Shown here: in pieces, positions 40,691-51,167 of the stretch
Position numbering within the stretch: the first letter of the stretch is position 1
Layout: each line of letters opens with the position of its first letter
From: an uncultured beta proteobacterium
Lineage (GTDB): Bacteria > Pseudomonadota > Gammaproteobacteria > Burkholderiales > SG8-39
DNA: 64,000 bases
NCBI GenBank assembly: GCA_963789885.1
Contig: CAWBNB010000049.1
Coordinates: forward strand, 1,304-65,303
Reading direction: 5' to 3'
Translations under genes and position numbers: made by a program
The notes under the pieces: model-generated
The model's input: the letters and a program-made list of their open reading frames with translations, nothing else
Told to the model about the DNA's origin: nothing
Database searches by the model: none

Positions 40691-40793
40691 CGGGAATCCT
40701 CCTCTGCGGGGGCGCGCCGAGGCCTGGCCAGGCGCGGATCGTTTGCAGCGACTCTACCCGAACCTGCGCTTCGCTCCAAGCGCGGCACAGCGG

Positions 40794-42044
40794 TCAGCCG
40801 GCGCGTGCGAGCGGCGCGGGGGCGCGCGGGAAGAACCCGCCGCCCGAGCGCCGCACCAGCCACAGTGCGATCGTGAGGTTCACGAGGTTCCACCCGATCC
40901 CGTTCGCGAACGCCGCCTTGTACGAGCCGGTGAGGTCGAAGATCGCGCCGGTCATCCAGCCGCCGAGCGCCATGCCGAAGAGCGTCGCCGTGATGACCGC
41001 GGCGATGCGGGTGCCGGCCTCCCGCGGCGTGAAGTGCTCGCGGACGATGATCGCGTACGCCGGCACGATGCCCCCCTGGAAGAGGCCGAAGAGCCCGGAG
41101 ATGACGTAGAGCGACACCAGCCCGTCGAACGGGAGGAACAGCATCAGCGCGAGCCCCTGCAGCAAGGACCCGAGCGCAAGGGTGCGCAAGCCCCCGATGT
41201 GATCGCAGATCCAGCCCGACGCGAGCCGGCTCACGACGCCCAGGCCGAGCATCACCGACAGCATCTCGGCGCCACGCGCCGGCCCGTAGCCCAGGTCGGT
41301 GCAGTACGCGACGATGTGGACCTGGGGCATCGACATCGCCATGCAGCAGGCGAGGCCGGCGACGATCAGGAGGCCCTGCAGCGTGCCCGGCGAGAAGCCG
41401 AGCGGTCGCGGGCTTCCCGACGCCACGCGCGCGCCCGCGGGCGAAAACTCGAACACCGGTGGCCGCCGTCGCATGACCACCGCGAGCGGCAGCATCACCG
41501 CCGCGCAGACGATGCCGATGCCGAAATGGGTCTGGCGCCAGCCCACGGTCTCGATGAAGTGCTGCACCACCGGCGGCCAGATCGTGCCGGCGAGGTAGTT
41601 GCCGCTCGCGCAGATCGCCACCGCCAGCCCGCGCCGGCGGACGAACCACAGCGAGATGTCGGCGATGAGCGGCGAGAACGTCGCCGAAGCGCCGAGGAGG
41701 CCGATGATCAGCCCCTGGACGAGTGCGAACTGCCACAGGCTCGCCGTTGCGCTCGCGGCGACGTAGCCGATGCCGAGGGCGAGCGCACCGATCACCACCG
41801 GGACGACCACGCCGAAGCGGTCGGCGAGCCGGCCCATGAGCAGGCCACCGACACACAGGCCGAGGAGCGTCAGCGTGTAAGGCAGCGAGGCGTCGCCGCG
41901 CGCGACGCCGAATTCCGCCTGAACCGTCGGCAGCACCACGACCACCGACCACAGGCCGACGCCGCCGACGGACGAGATCGCGAGCGCCGCGGCGAGGCGC
42001 ACCCACGCGTAGGCGGAGTCCGCCTCGCTTTGCTGCTTGGTCAT
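40794..42044 (-). CDS. MFS transporter
   Basis: 416 aa from the ATG at 42044 (GGAGG SD). Twelve predicted helices and the MFS loop motif GRLADRFG. Confidence 0.85.
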   Translation of the reverse strand: MTKQQSEADSAYAWVRLAAALAISSVGGVGLWSVVVVLPTVQAEFGVARGDASLPYTLTLLGLCVGGLLMGRLADRFGVVVPVVIGALALGIGYVAASATASLWQFALVQGLIIGLLGASATFSPLIADISLWFVRRRGLAVAICASGNYLAGTIWPPVVQHFIETVGWRQTHFGIGIVCAAVMLPLAVVMRRRPPVFEFSPAGARVASGSPRPLGFSPGTLQGLLIVAGLACCMAMSMPQVHIVAYCTDLGYGPARGAEMLSVMLGLGVVSRLASGWICDHIGGLRTLALGSLLQGLALMLFLPFDGLVSLYVISGLFGLFQGGIVPAYAIIVREHFTPREAGTRIAAVITATLFGMALGGWMTGAIFDLTGSYKAAFANGIGWNLVNLTIALWLVRRSGGGFFPRAPAPLARAG

Positions 42045-42145
42045 CCACTCCTCCCGGTCGCCCGGGAGCGAGCGACGCTCCGAAGGTACCCCAGTCCGGC
42101 GGCGGTGCGCCATGCACACCGCAGCGACCGGCGTTGCGTCCCGCC

Positions 42146-43225
42146 CTACTGTACCGGCAGGCGCCGCAGCACTGAGCCGGCTTCCTCGGCGAGCCGCGCG
42201 ACCAGCTGTGCCGCGGAGCCCCGGCGCGCCATGCCCGCGCCCTGACCCGCCCAGAGCGAGAGGAACTCTGCACGACCCGCCTTGGCCGCGGCGGCGCGCA
42301 GCGGGCGCGTCAGCGAGTTCTGCAGCGGGAACGGCAGGATCGCTTCGACGCCTCCCGCACGCTCGACCTCGGTCATGAACCGGTTGACGATGCCGCGCGC
42401 GGACCGGCCGGAGAAGGCACGCGTGATGCGCGTGTCGCTCTCCCGCGCGGCGAGGATCGCCTGCTTGTAGGCCTCGGGGATTCCCGCCTCTTCGCACGTC
42501 AGGAACGCGGTCCCCATCTGCACGCCGCTCGCGCCGAGCGCGAGCGCGGCGGCGATGCCGCGCCCGTCCATGATGCCGCCCGAAGCGATGACCGGCACCC
42601 GCACTGCGTCGACGATCTGCGGCACGAGCGCGATGGTGCCGACCATGCCGGCGTCGGTCTCGCCCACGAACGTGCCGCGATGGCCGCCCGCCTCGCTCCC
42701 CTGCGCGACGACGGCGTTCGCACCCGCCCGCTCGAGCACCCGGGCTTCCTCGACGTTGGTCGCGGTGCCCATCAGGAACATGCCGCGGGCCTTGATCGCG
42801 TCGATCGCCGCGACGGGCAGGACGCCGAACGTGAAACTGAACGCCGAGGCGCCGCTCGCGAGCGCGGCCTCGAAGAGGGCCGGGAACGCGTCGGCGGGCG
42901 CGGCCGGCGCAGTGGGCGCGGGCAGCCCGAGCTCGGCGAAGTAGGGCGCCACGCGTGCGAGCGCGGCAGTCGCGTCCGCCGGCGGGGGCGCGGGCGAGGG
43001 CGCGAAGAGGTTGATCCCGAACGGCCGCTTCGTCAGGCCGCGCACCGCGCGCGCGGCCTCGGTGATCTGCGCCGGCGTCAGGTAGGACGCCCCGATGAAC
43101 CCGAGCGCGCCCGCCTCGCCGACCGCGGCGACGAGCGCCGGCGTATCGCCGCCGCCGGCGAGCGGCGCCTGGATGATCGGGTGGGTGAGCTCGAGCGCTC
43201 GGGTGAGCTCGGTCTGGATCGCCAT
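42146..43225 (-). CDS. Nitronate monooxygenase (NMO/2-nitropropane dioxygenase) family protein
   Basis: HPIIQAPLAGG..., VVAQGSEAGGHRG, VIASGGIMDGRG. Start at the ATG at 43225. Confidence 0.85.
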   Translation of the reverse strand: MAIQTELTRALELTHPIIQAPLAGGGDTPALVAAVGEAGALGFIGASYLTPAQITEAARAVRGLTKRPFGINLFAPSPAPPPADATAALARVAPYFAELGLPAPTAPAAPADAFPALFEAALASGASAFSFTFGVLPVAAIDAIKARGMFLMGTATNVEEARVLERAGANAVVAQGSEAGGHRGTFVGETDAGMVGTIALVPQIVDAVRVPVIASGGIMDGRGIAAALALGASGVQMGTAFLTCEEAGIPEAYKQAILAARESDTRITRAFSGRSARGIVNRFMTEVERAGGVEAILPFPLQNSLTRPLRAAAAKAGRAEFLSLWAGQGAGMARRGSAAQLVARLAEEAGSVLRRLPVQ

Positions 43226-43327
43226 CGGTCGCCTCCGCCAGGCAGGGTGCGCACGACAGACGGTACCTTGACGGAGGCATCCCGGCAAATGAATAATCGT
43301 GAACATATCGTTCTCGAATAGAGAATC

Positions 43328-44209
43328 ATGGACTTCGCCTCCCTGCAGGTGTTCAAGGCGGTCGCCGACGAGGGCGGCATCAGCCGGGCGGCGCGCCGGC
43401 TGCACCGCGTCCAGTCCAACGTCACGACGCGCATCCAGCAGCTCGAAGCGTCCCTCGGGACGCAGCTCTTCGTGCGCGAGAAGCGCGGGCTGCACCTGTC
43501 GCCGGCCGGGCAGGTTTTTCTGCAGTACGCCGAGCAAATGCTCCGTCTCGCGGGCGAGGCGCGGAACGCGCTCGCCGGCGACTCCCCGCGCGGCGTGCTC
43601 CGGATCGGGACGCTCGAGAGCACCGCGGCGAGCCGTCTGCCGCCGCTCCTCGCGCGCTACCACGCCGCGCACCCGGCGGTGACCGTCGAGTTGGTGGCCG
43701 GGACCACCGACGCGCTGGTCGAGGCGGTGCTCGGCCGGCGGCTGGAAGCGGCGTTCGTCGCCGACTGCCGGCCGTCCCTCCGGCTCGAGACGATGCCGGC
43801 GTTCCGGGAGGAGCTCGTGCTCGTCGCGCCGCGGTCCCATCCGGCGATCCGGCGCGGGCGCGACGTCCGCGCCGACACGCTGATCGCCTTTCCGAGCGGC
43901 TGCGCGTACCGCCGGCGACTGCAGGGCTGGCTCGGCGAGGACGGGGTCGTGCCGGATCGCATCCTCGAGCTCGCCTCCTATCACGCGATCGTCGCGTGCG
44001 TGGCCTCCGGCACCGGCGTCGCGATCGTGCCGCGCTCGGTGCTGGAGACCATCCGGCGCGACGAGGGGGTGACCGTCTACTCGCTGCCGAAAGCTGCGGC
44101 CGCGACCACGACCGCGCTCGTTTGGCGCAAGGGCGAGCTGTCGCCGCCCTTGAAGGCGCTGCAGGCCGAGGTCGCCGCGGTCAGGAAGCCCGTGCGCCGA
44201 CGCGGGTGA
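43328..44209 (+). CDS. LysR family transcriptional regulator
   Basis: N-terminal HTH (LQVFKAVADEGGISRAARRLHRVQSNVTTRIQQLE). Divergent from the NMO gene. Confidence 0.9.
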   Translation: MDFASLQVFKAVADEGGISRAARRLHRVQSNVTTRIQQLEASLGTQLFVREKRGLHLSPAGQVFLQYAEQMLRLAGEARNALAGDSPRGVLRIGTLESTAASRLPPLLARYHAAHPAVTVELVAGTTDALVEAVLGRRLEAAFVADCRPSLRLETMPAFREELVLVAPRSHPAIRRGRDVRADTLIAFPSGCAYRRRLQGWLGEDGVVPDRILELASYHAIVACVASGTGVAIVPRSVLETIRRDEGVTVYSLPKAAAATTTALVWRKGELSPPLKALQAEVAAVRKPVRRRG

Positions 44210-44963
44210 AGCGGCGCGCCAGGGCGAGCACGATGATCAGCGCGAGCCCCGCGGCGCCGGAGTAGACGATCTCGAACGGCCAGAGGTTGTGCGAGGTCGG
44301 ATCGCGGCTGGTGTCGATGACGATCCGCACGACGACGAACGCCATGACGGCGAACGGCACCACCGCTGCGAGTCGCCACCAGCCGCGCCATTGCCACAGC
44401 GCCCAGACCGGCGCGCCGACGCAGGCGAGGACGGCGCCGAGGAAGAGCGGAACCACCAGTAATCCGAACGCCGTCTCGCCCGCGCTCTGCGGCTTCGCCG
44501 CCGCCGCGCGGCGCTCCGCCTCCCACGCCGCAGCGGTCGCGCGCTGGAGCTCGGGGACCCACGGCGCCGCCTCCGCGGCCGGGGGGCCGTCGCCCCAGCG
44601 CAGCTTGACCGGGTACGAGGCCACCTGCCACTCGCGATACGGTTTGCCGCCGCCGGCGAAGATGCGGATCTCGTCCACGTCCATCGGGACGTAGAACGAG
44701 ACCCAGCCGAGCGCGTAGCCCGAGCCCGAGTACGTCGCCGACGCGTTCGATCGCCAGCCCTTCTCGATCCGCTTGCCGCCGGCATAGGCGCGGGCCCAGA
44801 GGCTGACCGGCTCGTCGGCGTCGAATTGGATGCGCACGTAGAACGACTGGTCGCGGCCGAGCGTCGCGTCGGCCGGCGGATCGGTCGCGGCGACGCGCGC
44901 GCGCACTTCGGCGTGTGCCGCGCACGCGACGAGAGCGAGTAGCAGGAGCGCGAGGAGGCGCAC
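44181..44963 (-). CDS. Hypothetical membrane protein (signal peptide, periplasmic domain, 3-4 C-terminal transmembrane helices)
   Basis: MRLLALLLLALVACAAHA signal peptide and a hydrophobic C-terminal third. No family recognised. Confidence 0.6.
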   Translation of the reverse strand: MRLLALLLLALVACAAHAEVRARVAATDPPADATLGRDQSFYVRIQFDADEPVSLWARAYAGGKRIEKGWRSNASATYSGSGYALGWVSFYVPMDVDEIRIFAGGGKPYREWQVASYPVKLRWGDGPPAAEAAPWVPELQRATAAAWEAERRAAAAKPQSAGETAFGLLVVPLFLGAVLACVGAPVWALWQWRGWWRLAAVVPFAVMAFVVVRIVIDTSRDPTSHNLWPFEIVYSGAAGLALIIVLALARRFTRVGARAS

Positions 44964-45151
44964 GCATTAACCGTAGCACGGGCAACTCGGTGCGACAGTC
45001 GCCGCATGCGGGCGGGTGAGGCGTAGTTGACGCTGACTCGCCGCGCGCGCTGCGCGCGTCGAGGCTTAGTGCCGACCGGACCGATCTCACCGCCGTCGTG
45101 TACCCTCGGCCGGTGGGCGCCGCATCCCGGCGGTGCCGGCTTCGACGCCGC

Positions 45152-46783
45152 ATGCACGACCTCTCGATCATCATCACGCTCGCCGGCGGCCTCGCCGTCG
45201 CCCTCGCCTTCGGCTGGGTGACGCAGCGCCTCGGACTGTCGACCCTCGTCGGGTACATGCTCGCGGGGATCGTCGTCGGGCCCTACACGCCGGGCTTCGT
45301 CGCCGATGCGGGCCTCGCCTCGCAGATGGCGGAGATCGGCGTGATCTTGCTCATGTTCGGCGTCGGGCTGCATTTCCATCCGCAGGAGCTCCTGCGCGTC
45401 TGGCGTATCGCGGTCCCGGGCGCGGTCGCGCAGAGCGCGGTCGCGGCGGTTGCCGGCTGGGCGATCGCCCGCGCGTTCGGCTGGAGCCACGCCGCGGGGA
45501 TGCTGTTCGGCATGGCGCTCGCGGTCGCGAGCACCGTCGTGCTGATGCGCATGCTCGTGGCGCAGGACCGCTTGAGCACGCGCGACGGCCACGTCGCGGT
45601 CGGCTGGCTGATCGTCGAGGATCTCTTCACCGTGGTCGCGCTGGTGATGCTGCCCGCGCTTGCTGCCGATCGTACCGATCCGGCCGGGATGGCGAGCGCG
45701 CTCGGCCTGGCGCTCGGGAAGGCCGCGGTGTTCGCCGCGCTCGTCTGGGCGGTCGGGAGCCGCCTCGTCGCGCCGGCGATGGAGCGGATCGCCCGCACCC
45801 GCTCGACCGAGCTCTTCACGCTGACGGTGTTCGTCGTCGCGCTCGGCGTCGCGCTGCTCGCGGCGGAGGTCTTCAGCGTTTCGGTTGCGCTCGGCGCGTT
45901 CTTCGCCGGTCTCGTCGTCGGCCAGTCGCGGTTCGGGCCGCAGGCCGCCGCCGACATGGTGCCGTTCCGCGACGTCTTCTCGGCGCTCTTCTTCGTCTCC
46001 GTCGGAATGCTCTTCAACCCGGGCGTCGTGACGTCGCAGCCCCTGCTCCTCGCGGGCGCACTCGCGATCGTGCTCGTCGTCAAGCCGGCGGTCGCACTGG
46101 GGATCGTCAAGCTCCTGCGCGACACGCAGCGGACGGCGCTGACCGTCGCCGTGGGCCTCGCCCAGATCGGCGAGTTCTCGTTCATCCTCGGCGTGCTCGG
46201 CCAGCAGCTCGGCATCCTGCCGCCGGCGGGGATGGACATCCTGGTCGCGGTGGCGATCGTTTCGATCGCGCTGAACCCGCTGCTCTTCCGTGTGGTGGCG
46301 GCGCGCGAGGCGCGGCTCGCCGGCGGCCGCGCCGACGCTCCGACGCAAGAGGGCGCCGCGCCGGTACCCGAGAGCGCGCCCGCCGTGGCGCTCACCGGTC
46401 TGGGCGAGCTGGGGCGGAGGGTCGTTCAGCGCTGCGCGGCAGCGGGCGTGCCGGTGTCGGTCATTGACGCCGACCCCGACGCGCTCGCCGAACTGCGCGG
46501 GCGCGGGCTGGCCGTCGTGCGGGGCGATCCGGCCGACCCCGAGGTGCTGCGCGCCGCAGGGATGGCCGACGCCAGGATGATCCTCGTCACGAATCCGACG
46601 CTCGCGGACAAGATGCAGATCTGCATCGCGGCGCGCCAGGTGAATCCGCGCATCGCGATCGTCGCGACTTCGAGCAGCGCTGCGGAGCGCGCATGGCTGC
46701 ACGAGTTCGGCGCCGCGTTCGTCTGCGACGCGATCGACGAGATGACCGAGTCGCTGGTACGGACGGTGCGGGACGCGCTCTAG
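45152..46783 (+). CDS. Cation:proton antiporter (CPA2/Kef type) with C-terminal RCK/TrkA-N domain
   Basis: Multi-helix Na+/H+ exchanger domain plus a Rossmann-like VALTGLGELGRRV segment. Start at the ATG at 45152. Confidence 0.85.
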   Translation: MHDLSIIITLAGGLAVALAFGWVTQRLGLSTLVGYMLAGIVVGPYTPGFVADAGLASQMAEIGVILLMFGVGLHFHPQELLRVWRIAVPGAVAQSAVAAVAGWAIARAFGWSHAAGMLFGMALAVASTVVLMRMLVAQDRLSTRDGHVAVGWLIVEDLFTVVALVMLPALAADRTDPAGMASALGLALGKAAVFAALVWAVGSRLVAPAMERIARTRSTELFTLTVFVVALGVALLAAEVFSVSVALGAFFAGLVVGQSRFGPQAAADMVPFRDVFSALFFVSVGMLFNPGVVTSQPLLLAGALAIVLVVKPAVALGIVKLLRDTQRTALTVAVGLAQIGEFSFILGVLGQQLGILPPAGMDILVAVAIVSIALNPLLFRVVAAREARLAGGRADAPTQEGAAPVPESAPAVALTGLGELGRRVVQRCAAAGVPVSVIDADPDALAELRGRGLAVVRGDPADPEVLRAAGMADARMILVTNPTLADKMQICIAARQVNPRIAIVATSSSAAERAWLHEFGAAFVCDAIDEMTESLVRTVRDAL

Positions 46784-48120
46784 CCGGCGAGCGCCTGCTC
46801 CAGCGCGCACGCGATCGCGAGCGTCCGCCGGTCGGTCATCGCAACCCCGCACACCATCAGTCCGACCGGTCCGCTGCCCGGCTCGTGACACGGCACGGTC
46901 ACCGCGCAGCCGTCGAGAAAGTTGATCAGCCCGGCGTTGCGCAGCACCCGCGCGTTCCACTTGAAGTAGGCGTCGTCGGAAGCGTCGACCTCGGCGATCG
47001 TCGGCGCGACGCACGGCACGGTCGGCATCACGATCGCGTCGAACGGCGCCGCCGCGGTCTCGACCTCACGGAGGTACGCCGCGCGGACGAAGCCGAGCTC
47101 GACGAGATCGGGCGCCGGGATGTCGTTGCCCATCGCGACGCGCTTGCCGACCCGCGGGTCGTACTCGCCTATGCGGCTCGCCCACGGGCGATGGATCGCC
47201 GCGGCTTCGGCGCCGGCGTAGCCGCCGCCCTTGAAGTACCGGTCCTGGCGGTCGAATGCCGGCATCGCGACCTCGGTGACGACCGCGCCCGACCGCGAGA
47301 GCTTCCCGAGCGCTGCTTCGAAGGTCTTGCCGACCTGAGCGTCGAGGTCGTCGAGCGCGCTCGAGCGCGGCAGCATCAGCCGCAGTCCCCTGGCCGGCAG
47401 CGGGGCAAGCGTCGCGTCCGGCTCGCCGGCGAGGACCGCATCGTAGGCCGCGCAGCACGCCGCAGTCCGTGCGAGGGGTCCGATCGAGTCGAGCGTGTAC
47501 GAGAGCGGAAACGCGCCCTCGCGCGGCACGCGCCGGGCGGTCGGCTTGAATCCGGCGACGCCGTTCAGCGCGGCCGGGATGCGCACCGACCCACGCGTGT
47601 CGCTCCCCAGCGCCATGACGCTCATCCCGTCGGCGGCGGCGACGCCGGCGCCCGACGACGAGCCGCCGGGGACGCGCCCGGTCCTGCGGTCCCACGGATT
47701 GCGCGGCGTGCCGTAGTGCGGGTTGAGCCCGAGACCGCCGAACGCGAACTCGACCATGTTGGTGCGGCCGACGAGGATCGCGCCGGCCGCCCGCAGCCGC
47801 GCGACCGCGGGCGCGTCGGCCTTCGCCGCCGGGGCGCCGGCGAGCACTTTCGACCCGGCGCGCGTCACGTCGCCGCCGACGTCGAACAGGTCCTTGACCG
47901 ACACCGGCAGCCCGTCGACCGGTGAGCGGACGATGCCGCTCTTTCGCAACCGATCGGCGAGGTCGGCTTCGGCCCGCGCCGTATCGGCGTAGGTCTTGAG
48001 GAACGCGCGCGAACCCTCTCCCGCCGGATCGGCAATGCGCGCAAGCGCCTGCTCGAGCAGCTCGCGGCTGGTGGTTCGGCCCGCGGCGAGCGCCGCAGCG
48101 AGGGTGGCGACGGTGTTCAT
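46780..48120 (-). CDS. Amidase (amidase-signature family)
   Basis: GGSSSGAG signature and the Ser-cisSer-Lys context. Start at the ATG at 48120. Confidence 0.85.
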   Translation of the reverse strand: MNTVATLAAALAAGRTTSRELLEQALARIADPAGEGSRAFLKTYADTARAEADLADRLRKSGIVRSPVDGLPVSVKDLFDVGGDVTRAGSKVLAGAPAAKADAPAVARLRAAGAILVGRTNMVEFAFGGLGLNPHYGTPRNPWDRRTGRVPGGSSSGAGVAAADGMSVMALGSDTRGSVRIPAALNGVAGFKPTARRVPREGAFPLSYTLDSIGPLARTAACCAAYDAVLAGEPDATLAPLPARGLRLMLPRSSALDDLDAQVGKTFEAALGKLSRSGAVVTEVAMPAFDRQDRYFKGGGYAGAEAAAIHRPWASRIGEYDPRVGKRVAMGNDIPAPDLVELGFVRAAYLREVETAAAPFDAIVMPTVPCVAPTIAEVDASDDAYFKWNARVLRNAGLINFLDGCAVTVPCHEPGSGPVGLMVCGVAMTDRRTLAIACALEQALAG

Positions 48121-48192
48121 GGCAGGTCCTTCATATCCTTCGGCGAGGCCGCGGAGTTTACTTGGAAGGCCCGCAACCTGGACAATGCCGCC

Positions 48193-49425
48193 GTGACGCT
48201 CCTCTCGCACCGCGACTACGATCCGCTGCTCCTCGGCTCGCCGCTACGCCGGCGCGGGCCCTGCCTCGTGCTCTCGGCGGTGCTCGCGTGCCTGCTCGGC
48301 GTCGCCGCCCTCGTCCAGCTGGGCCTGTTCGTGGGGATGCGCGCCGACGTGTCGGCCGTGTTCTTCGGCGCGCTTTTCGCTTCCAGCCTGCTCGCGCTCG
48401 TCCCCCTGCGCATCCTCTGGTACCTCGACCGGCGCGAGCGCGAGCAGCCGTGGCTCTTCGCCGCCGCGTTCTTCTGGGGCGGCCTGATCGCGACCGGCCT
48501 CGCGCTGCCGTTCAACACCGCGTTCGCCGTCGCCGTCGATGCCTGGGTCATGCAGCACCCGATGGTCAAGGAGATCCTCGGTGCCGACGCGGCGCAGCTC
48601 ATCTCGGCGCCGATCTCCGCGCCGCTCGTCGAGGAGCTGACCAAGGCGATCGGGGTGCTCGCGCTCTTCTGGCTGCTCCGCGCCGAGTTCGACAACATGC
48701 GCGACGGCATCGTCTACGGCGCGCTGGTCGGGCTCGGCTTCAACTGGTTCGAGGCGCCGATCTACGTCGCGCAGGGCTACGCCGAGACCGGCGTCGCGCC
48801 GTGGGGGCTGCAGCTCGGCTGGCGCTACGCGCTCTTCGGGCTCGGCGGGCACGCGCTCTTCACCGCGCTCTTCGGCGCCTCGCTCGGACTCGCGCTGCAG
48901 ACGCGCCGCCGCTGGCTGCGGATGCTCGCGCCGATCGGCGGCCTGGTGCTCGCGATCGCTGCGCATGCGGTGAACAACGCGCTACCGCTCTTCTTCGCGC
49001 TCGCCGCCGCGGCCGCCGGCGAGCCCCCGCCGCAGGAGGACCTCAACGCACCCGGGCCCGGCTTCTTCCAGGCGTTCCTGTCGGGCAGCCTGGTCGAGCT
49101 CACGATCTTCCTGCCGTTCGTCGCGATCCTCGCCGTCGCGCTCTGGCGAAGCGGCGTGTGGGAGCGGCGCGTGATCCGCGAGGAGCTCGCGGCCGAGGTC
49201 GGACGAACGGTGAGCCGGGACGAGTACGGCGAGATCGCCGGCGACCGCATGCTGCGCACGCGCCGGATCGACCCGCTGCGCCGGCGCGCGTCGGCAGCGC
49301 TCGTGAACGCGCAGCACGAGCTCGCGTTTCGCAAGCGGCGCGTGCGCGACCGCGGCGAGGATCCGGAGCTCGACCGCCTCGTCGCCCGCTGGCGCGACGA
49401 GATCCGCCGCCTAAACGGCGGCTAA
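48193..49425 (+). CDS. PrsW family intramembrane metalloprotease
   Basis: EELTKA and GLGFNWFE...HALFTALFG motifs embedded in multiple transmembrane helices. Confidence 0.8.
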   Translation: MTLLSHRDYDPLLLGSPLRRRGPCLVLSAVLACLLGVAALVQLGLFVGMRADVSAVFFGALFASSLLALVPLRILWYLDRREREQPWLFAAAFFWGGLIATGLALPFNTAFAVAVDAWVMQHPMVKEILGADAAQLISAPISAPLVEELTKAIGVLALFWLLRAEFDNMRDGIVYGALVGLGFNWFEAPIYVAQGYAETGVAPWGLQLGWRYALFGLGGHALFTALFGASLGLALQTRRRWLRMLAPIGGLVLAIAAHAVNNALPLFFALAAAAAGEPPPQEDLNAPGPGFFQAFLSGSLVELTIFLPFVAILAVALWRSGVWERRVIREELAAEVGRTVSRDEYGEIAGDRMLRTRRIDPLRRRASAALVNAQHELAFRKRRVRDRGEDPELDRLVARWRDEIRRLNGG

Positions 49426-50408
49426 AGCCCCAGCAGCCCGAGCTGCCCTTTCGGGTAGCGCGTGCCCTGCACGTCCGAGTCGTCGATCGCGCGCGCGAGC
49501 GCCGCGGCCTCGTCGGCGGAGAGCTTGATCTCGAGCGCGGCGAGGTTCTGGCGCAGGTGCGTGCGGCGCTTCGTGCCCGGGATCGGCACCATGTCGGGCC
49601 CCTGGGCGAGGAGCCACGCGAGCGCGAGCTGCGCCGGGGCGCAGCGCTTCGCGTCCGCCATTTCCATCAGCGGCCGCACGAGCCGCGCATTGCGCTCGAG
49701 GTTCTCGCCCTGGAAGCGCGGGTGGTCGCGGCGGCGGTCGTTCTCGCCGAGGTCGGCGGCCGAGCTGATCGCGCCGGTGAGCATGCCGCGGCCGAGCGGC
49801 GAGTAGGGGACGAAGCCGACGCCGAGCGAGCGGCAGACGGGGAGGATGCCCTGCTCGACGAAGCGGCACCACACCGAGTACTCGGTCTGCAACGCGGCGA
49901 TCGGGTGCACGGCGTTGGCGCGGCGCAGCGTCTCCGGCCCTGCCTCGGAGAGTCCAAGGTACCGAACCTTGCCTTGGTCGACGAGGCGCTTCATCGCGCC
50001 GACGGTGTCCTCGATCGGCACGCTCGCATCGACGCGGTGCTGGAAGTAGAGATCGATCGCGTCGATCTTGAGCCGGGCGAGGCTTTTGTTGCACGCCTCG
50101 ATCACGTACTCGGGCTTGCCGTTCGCCGCGGGCTTGCCGTCGGGCGTCCGCACGTTGCCGAACTTGGTGGCGACTACCGCCTTTGCGCGATAGCCGTCGG
50201 CGAGCGCACGGGCGAGCAGCTCCTCGTTCTTGCCGTCGGCGTAAGCGTCGGCGGTGTCGAGAAAGTTGGCACCGGCGTCGAGCGCCTCGCGGACCGTGGC
50301 GATCGCTTCGGCCTCGTCCACCGGCCCGTAGAGGCTGGTCATGGCCATGCACCCGAGGCCGAGCCCCGAGACCTCGAGGCCGCCCTTGCCTAGACGTCGC
50401 ATCTGCAT
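49422..50408 (-). CDS. Aldo/keto reductase
   Basis: GANFLDTADAY, ATKFG, YFQHRVD and PYSPLGRG. Confidence 0.9.
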   Translation of the reverse strand: MQMRRLGKGGLEVSGLGLGCMAMTSLYGPVDEAEAIATVREALDAGANFLDTADAYADGKNEELLARALADGYRAKAVVATKFGNVRTPDGKPAANGKPEYVIEACNKSLARLKIDAIDLYFQHRVDASVPIEDTVGAMKRLVDQGKVRYLGLSEAGPETLRRANAVHPIAALQTEYSVWCRFVEQGILPVCRSLGVGFVPYSPLGRGMLTGAISSAADLGENDRRRDHPRFQGENLERNARLVRPLMEMADAKRCAPAQLALAWLLAQGPDMVPIPGTKRRTHLRQNLAALEIKLSADEAAALARAIDDSDVQGTRYPKGQLGLLGL

Positions 50409-50491
50409 TGGCTTTCCCCTTTCTGGATCGGACCGCGAGTCTACCCCTACAATCTCCCCGAACGGAGGACCCGACCGATGAGGCGCGCCCG

Positions 50492-50995
50492 ATGACCCCG
50501 CAGACCGCCCGCATGCTGACCCGGTACAACGCCTGGGCCAACAAGCTCATCTTCGACGCCGTCGCCGCGCTGCCCGCGGGCGAGGCGACGAAGGAGCGGC
50601 CGACGCTGTTCAAGAACATGGTCAACACCCTCAACCACCTGTACACGGTCGACGTGATCTGGCAGGCGCACCTGGAGGGGCGCGAGCACGGCATCCCGGC
50701 GCTCAAGACGGTGCTCCACCCGGAGTTCGCGGACCTCTGGCGCGCGCAGACCGCGATGGACGACTGGTACATCGCCTACGGCGACCGGCTGACCGAGGCC
50801 GGCCTGAACGAGACGGTGAACTTCACGCTCATCGGCGGCAACGCCGGCACCATGAGCCGCGGGGACATCCTGCTGCACGTCGTCAATCACACGAGCTATC
50901 ACCGCGGCTGGGTCGCGGACATGTTCTACGCGGTGCCGGTGCATCCGCCGACCACCGATCTGCCGGTGTTCCTCAGGTCTGGTAACGTTTCCTGA
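50492..50995 (+). CDS. DinB family protein
   Basis: YNAWANKLIFDAV...LNHLYTVDVIW...VNHTSYHRG. Start at the ATG at 50492. Confidence 0.8.
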   Translation: MTPQTARMLTRYNAWANKLIFDAVAALPAGEATKERPTLFKNMVNTLNHLYTVDVIWQAHLEGREHGIPALKTVLHPEFADLWRAQTAMDDWYIAYGDRLTEAGLNETVNFTLIGGNAGTMSRGDILLHVVNHTSYHRGWVADMFYAVPVHPPTTDLPVFLRSGNVS

Positions 50996-51167
50996 GTCTG
51001 GTCCACATCCGACGAGGAGGCGCATGAACAAGTCCCTGGCCGTGCTCGCCGGCGGCGCCGTGCTCGTGCTTGTCCGCCGTCGGCGGACGACGGCCTGAGG
51101 TCCGGCCCGCGCATCGCGGGGCATCGGGGATGGGACCGTGAACCCGCCACAACTACGGGAAGGAGGC

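Noticed and set aside
40635-42245. 536-aa plus-strand ORF
   Set aside because: It is antisense to the MFS transporter and has an Arg/Asp/Glu/His-rich composition that is not protein-like.
42045-43280. N-terminal extension of the 828-aa ORF 40794-43280, and likewise the 43226-43984 extension of ORF 42146-43984
   Set aside because: Both extensions read through the upstream genes in wrong frames. Internal ATGs with good SD sequences (42044 and 43225) give full-length MFS and NMO proteins.
44237-47014. 925-aa minus-strand ORF
   Set aside because: It is antisense to the Kef-type antiporter and overlaps the 44181-44963 membrane protein in another frame. It is extremely Arg-rich with no domain signature.
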